A stretch of DNA of 56,403 nt, counting the filler, from Sphacelaria rigidula (lineage: Eukaryota): the NCBI GenBank assembly GCA_964200075.2. It is 6 parts of 6 records of this genome, joined end to end, with 100 filler letters (N's around TTAATTAATTAA, not from the genome) between each part and the next. Parts side by side here need not be neighbours in the genome. Positions count along the whole stretch, not along the records: positions 47,088 to 56,403 come from CAXNAA020008764.1; 5 more parts are not named here. The stretch is one strand, 5' to 3'. Each line of letters starts with the position of its first letter. The first letter of the stretch is position 1. Below the pieces are notes generated by a model, which ran no database searches, was not told where the DNA came from, and worked only from the letters and a program-made list of their open reading frames with translations. A program made the translations under genes and the position numbers. Below are positions 52,617 through 56,403 of this stretch, piece by piece.

Positions 52617-53179
52617 CACATCCTGGACAACAGACGGCAAGTTTATCTTTCTATTGTCGTTGGCAACGTCCATTGATGAACAAGTTTCCCACACTCTTGT
52701 CTGGGCAGCAGTCTGCTATGGCCCTACACCGAAATTTATTGCCGCCGACCAAATGCATCGATCGACAGTTTTTGAAATCTGTTGGTGACGGCAATGGCCA
52801 TCGATAGAACGCGTGCAAAATCTACTGATGACGATGATGGCTATTGACAAATTGCTTACCAAATCTATTGATAACGGCAATGGCTATCGATGGATGGCTC
52901 ACGAAGCCTGTTGATTACGGCAATGGCTATCGATATACACAACCCAGAATCTACTGCGGTACACCATTTCCATCGATGTCGAGTGATCTTCATCTGTTGT
53001 AATTGCCATAGACTATCGATCGACTATCGCAACATCTATCTATTGTTCCTTGCAATGCATAATATCAAAATATGTTTTTCACCATCAATCGTGTTCGATA
53101 ACATATATCGATAGATTTTTCCCCGTGTCTATTATTGCTGAAGCAATGAACTATTATTGTGTCCATTGTCCAGGGTGTG
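52617..53179. mobile_element. Non-autonomous DNA transposon family B (CTATCGAT-rich internal repeats), complete short copy
   Basis: TIR CACA(T/C)CCTGGACA...TGTCCAGGGTGTG; flanks CAGCACTC and AAGCACTC form an 8-bp TSD with one mismatch (hAT- or P-like). Confidence 0.75.
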
Positions 53180-53741
53180 AAGCACTCTGAATTCTGGTCA
53201 AGAGTCAGACTGAGAACAGGAAAGATCGGAAAGATGATTAACAACGTTTTCCCGAGATTGAGAGCATAGGATACGATTGAGAGTGAAAAACGATCAATTA
53301 CGAATTGCCCCTCCACGAGGCTCAATATTTTTCCTGTAGTAGCTTGCACCGGGGCCCCTGCTATCCCTGAGGAGAACATCGACGTTTTGCTGAAAGCACA
53401 CGTCAGTGATGAAGGCAAATAAAAGCACACGACATGAAAAGTTGGTTGACTTGAAGCGAGTTATCAAAGCCACTCTCAGTCAGCGCCTTACTCTCGCTCT
53501 CACGAATGCGTTGTTGAGTCCGAATCCTCTCCGAGAGTACGGCCACCCTTTCCGAGGTGGCACTATCCGCTGAGCCCCGTCTTTCAGGGAAAATTGTTGC
53601 AGAGGCCACGTCTCAGTTAGTGTATTATTTTGATCGAAAAGGTACGGCGGAAAATAATTTTCTGAACCGGTAGGTCGTCATTCCTGTCGACGTCAATTGT
53701 GTTGAAATGACAACCTATCACTGAGTTTTTTCTTTCCCCCG

Positions 53742-54103
53742 GCCGGTAGCCCCGGTGGCTCAGTTGGTAACCTCGAAACCTTCTTATGGGTTGGGTCGTG
53801 GGTTCGAATGTCGGTGTAGTCACACGATCTGGGATTTTTTCTCAGACATTGCCCACCCGACAACGGAGAGCGACCATGTCATGGGTACACAATGTTCGAC
53901 TTCACGACCGACGAGGGAACGGGACTGCGAAACGCCTGTCGCGATAAAAAAGAAGGCAAGCACCGCCAAAGGAAGGTGGAGTACAGTACTGAAGCAGAAA
54001 TGAATAAAAAAAAAACCCCGGTGTGACCCAGGCTGATGCACCCACATATTATACCGGAAGGTGTAGGATGGCGTCCAAAATAGATGGGATGACAACACAC
54101 AAC
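53742..54103 (+). mobile_element. tRNA-derived SINE
   Basis: Head GCCGGTAGCCCCGGTGGCTCAGTTGG (A box) and GGGTTCGAATG (B box); body and tail homologous to 34754-35096. Confidence 0.75.
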
Positions 54104-54633
54104 ATACGACACTTTTTCGATCAAGAATCATGTACCATTGTAAGAAACGCCCTGAATAGTGGAAACCGTTTTGTGGGTATGTATTCTTAACATATGGTAC
54201 CATTCAGTTACCGTCTGAGGCTACTTGGTTAAAATTAGAATTTGCAGGTAACCTGCAAGTATTGTCTATCCGGTTTCATGTAGAAGTCCATATGGATGCT
54301 GTCTCTCCACCCATATTCAACGCAGCTCAAGGCTAGTCCCACCAGTTTTTTCAAGATAAAGGGCTCCTGACATTTCAAACCTGGGAATTATTTTGTGCAA
54401 CCCAACCGTGGCATGAACCTCCTTTGGTCCGTATGTTGCTTGATTGACAGAAATAGTATCATAATTCGGAAACAAAAATATATAGGAAAAACTTACTCCG
54501 AAGAGGATTCCGACCCTGGGTGTGTGTACGTATTGGTGCGGTCAGGAGGATTCCAATGTCCTGGTTGTTAGCTTTCCTGGGGTAAATAAATTATTTCCAG
54601 TGCTCTGACAACATTTATTTTCAGTAGTACACA

Positions 54634-55106
54634 TATAACACTATATTCGTGAGATTCAGAACGTAGTTTCAGATTCAGAGTGGATGCTCTAGCGTTCCTA
54701 ACAGGCAACGTTTTTTTTTTTCGCTTGAGCACACGTCCTGTGCATGCAGCTATCGTACAGTACGCCATTCGAGGAATTCGGCGGTCTGGTTGGTGAGATA
54801 CCGCACAAAGCATTTTTTCGCGTGGGGGGCATTTCGGAACTGAAACTGTTTCAGGCACTAATCGGTTTTTCCTCAAAGAGGGGATCTTTTGTTGCAATGG
54901 ACTGATTACGTCATTGCGATCAAGTAAGTGATATGTCAAAATGATCGTGTAGGTGACAGCTTCCATTGAAGCCACCGCTTCACCAGCTGGGCGCATTACT
55001 CCTCGAACTGTGGCGATGTCAAAATCGACGGGGAAAGTCAATTGTTTCGGGTCTGACTCTGAATCTGAAACTACGTTCTGAATCTCACGAATATTATAGT
55101 GTTATA
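54634..55106. mobile_element. MITE with ~48-bp terminal inverted repeats
   Basis: TATAACACTATATTCGTGAGATTCAGAACGTAGTTTCAGATTCAGAGT at the left and its near-perfect reverse complement at 55057-55106. Confidence 0.7.
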
Positions 55107-56403
55107 TATACGTGTGGTTATTTGTGCTACGGCTTTCAAGAGGGTAACGTCCATCTCACTAAGTATCCGAAGAAAGCGTCTGTCCCTATTTTCGAAATAA
55201 TATCCCAAAAAATATCCGAAGTCATCGTAATCAAGATTGCCGGTTTGTGCATCCTCCAAAACTTATGGGTTGCAACTCTAAGAACTCGGCCGAAAAATTC
55301 AAGACATCATGTACATTTCCCGACAACGTCTTATGTTGTAGACGTTTCCAATATTTGTTTCGAGAGTAACTGTCGAACCATGACGACTTGAGTGTCCGAA
55401 TAAGTATCGTTATTTTTGCTTTCGTGTTATCAACGTTCACACAAAATTTCAGACCGATCGAGCAAGAATTCAAAGCATCTGAAATCCGTGCCATCAACTA
55501 CTCAACCTCTAAGGGTTCTAATTCACAGGTCTGGTTCCCGTCGAAATCTCTGAATATTTCGTATGTTTCTCATGTGCTCCAAAAATGAGAGAGCAGAATT
55601 TTCAACCAGGGCAGACAAAAAGTCAATCTAAGACTGACTACAGATATCTCCGAAAATCCAGCTTCCGAAGTTTTTTCGGCACTTTGTTTTTCGGAGAAGT
55701 CGGGATAAAAACACTTCCCCCCCCCCAGAAAATGTCAGAAGAATCTGAAAAAATGCCCCGTTAATGAGACCTCTCACTACCGTCACTAGGCCATACCAGA
55801 AATGTGACGGCATAGTGCATGATGATGAGTAAACGTACCCATATGGTTGATCAGACCACGCGGCGCACTTCGGGGGGGTTGTACGGTAATAGGGAGCATC
55901 ATTTTGGTGCTACATTTCCTGCTGCTCGAGCTGTTCGCCCCGGAGAGAACTATTTACTGTTTGTCTCATGTAGCGCCCCCCCCCCCCCCCCCCACCCCCC
56001 CCCTCCCCCCCCCCCCCCCCCCCCCCCCAGTCACCTCCCTCCCCCCTTGCCCCCCCCCACCGTGCTCTGTCTCGAAAGAGATGCGTGCTCAATGTTCAAA
56101 TGACTAAGGCAAGCAACAAATGAGTACGCCCCCCCCTCGCCCCTCCCCCGCGTGCCCTAACCAGGCGACCCTTCAGCGACTGGGCGCCCAGCGGGCACAC
56201 ATCATGGTGCAGAGGAAATATGAAGCAGCAGAGGAAATATGAAGCATGTCAAGTACAGGAAAACTAAAGGTCGGAAGACAGCACCGCTTGCTTGAGTCAT
56301 GAGATCTGTGGCGAAATCACGCTGTCACGGTTGAGTATATAGTGGATCCTGGATGATGATCAGGGGACAAGCACATCCTGTAGATGATGACCCTTGCTGT
56401 GTA

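Noticed and set aside
53748-53820. tRNA gene candidate
   Set aside because: A and B boxes are present but there is no proper cloverleaf, and it continues into a body shared with another dispersed copy, so it is a SINE head.
56209-56246. 19-bp perfect tandem duplication GCAGAGGAAATATGAAGCA
   Set aside because: Isolated two-copy slippage or repair duplication with no further structure.

Overview
Eukaryotic, intron-rich and repeat-dense DNA, most consistent with a brown alga (Phaeophyceae). This is an inference from the WSC-domain gene, short GT-AG exons, a flagellar gene, TTAGGG repeats and the transposon repertoire. The window is not one locus: it is six contigs of 9318, 9318, 9318, 9317, 9316 and 9316 bp joined by 100-bp N44-TTAATTAATTAA-N44 linkers, so adjacency across linkers is meaningless. 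Recognisable content: (i) seven 5' exons of flagellar WD40 protein CFAP57/WDR65 (minus strand, 28915-33083) with a GC-AG intron; (ii) a 5'-truncated 8-exon gene (plus strand, 47089-50746) joining a polysaccharide-lyase-like jelly-roll domain to two WSC domains; (iii) a decayed Ty3/Gypsy integrase followed by a chromodomain and a Tudor/PWWP-like domain; (iv) many non-autonomous elements, including hAT-type MITEs with 8-bp target-site duplications (TSDs), Tc1-like MITEs, a tRNA-derived SINE family, and a locally clustered, self-nesting TGT...ACA MITE family with 4-5 bp TSDs carrying telomeric repeats; (v) two orphan exons and several unassigned decayed ORFs. Family assignments are from motif recognition by eye; no database search was run.
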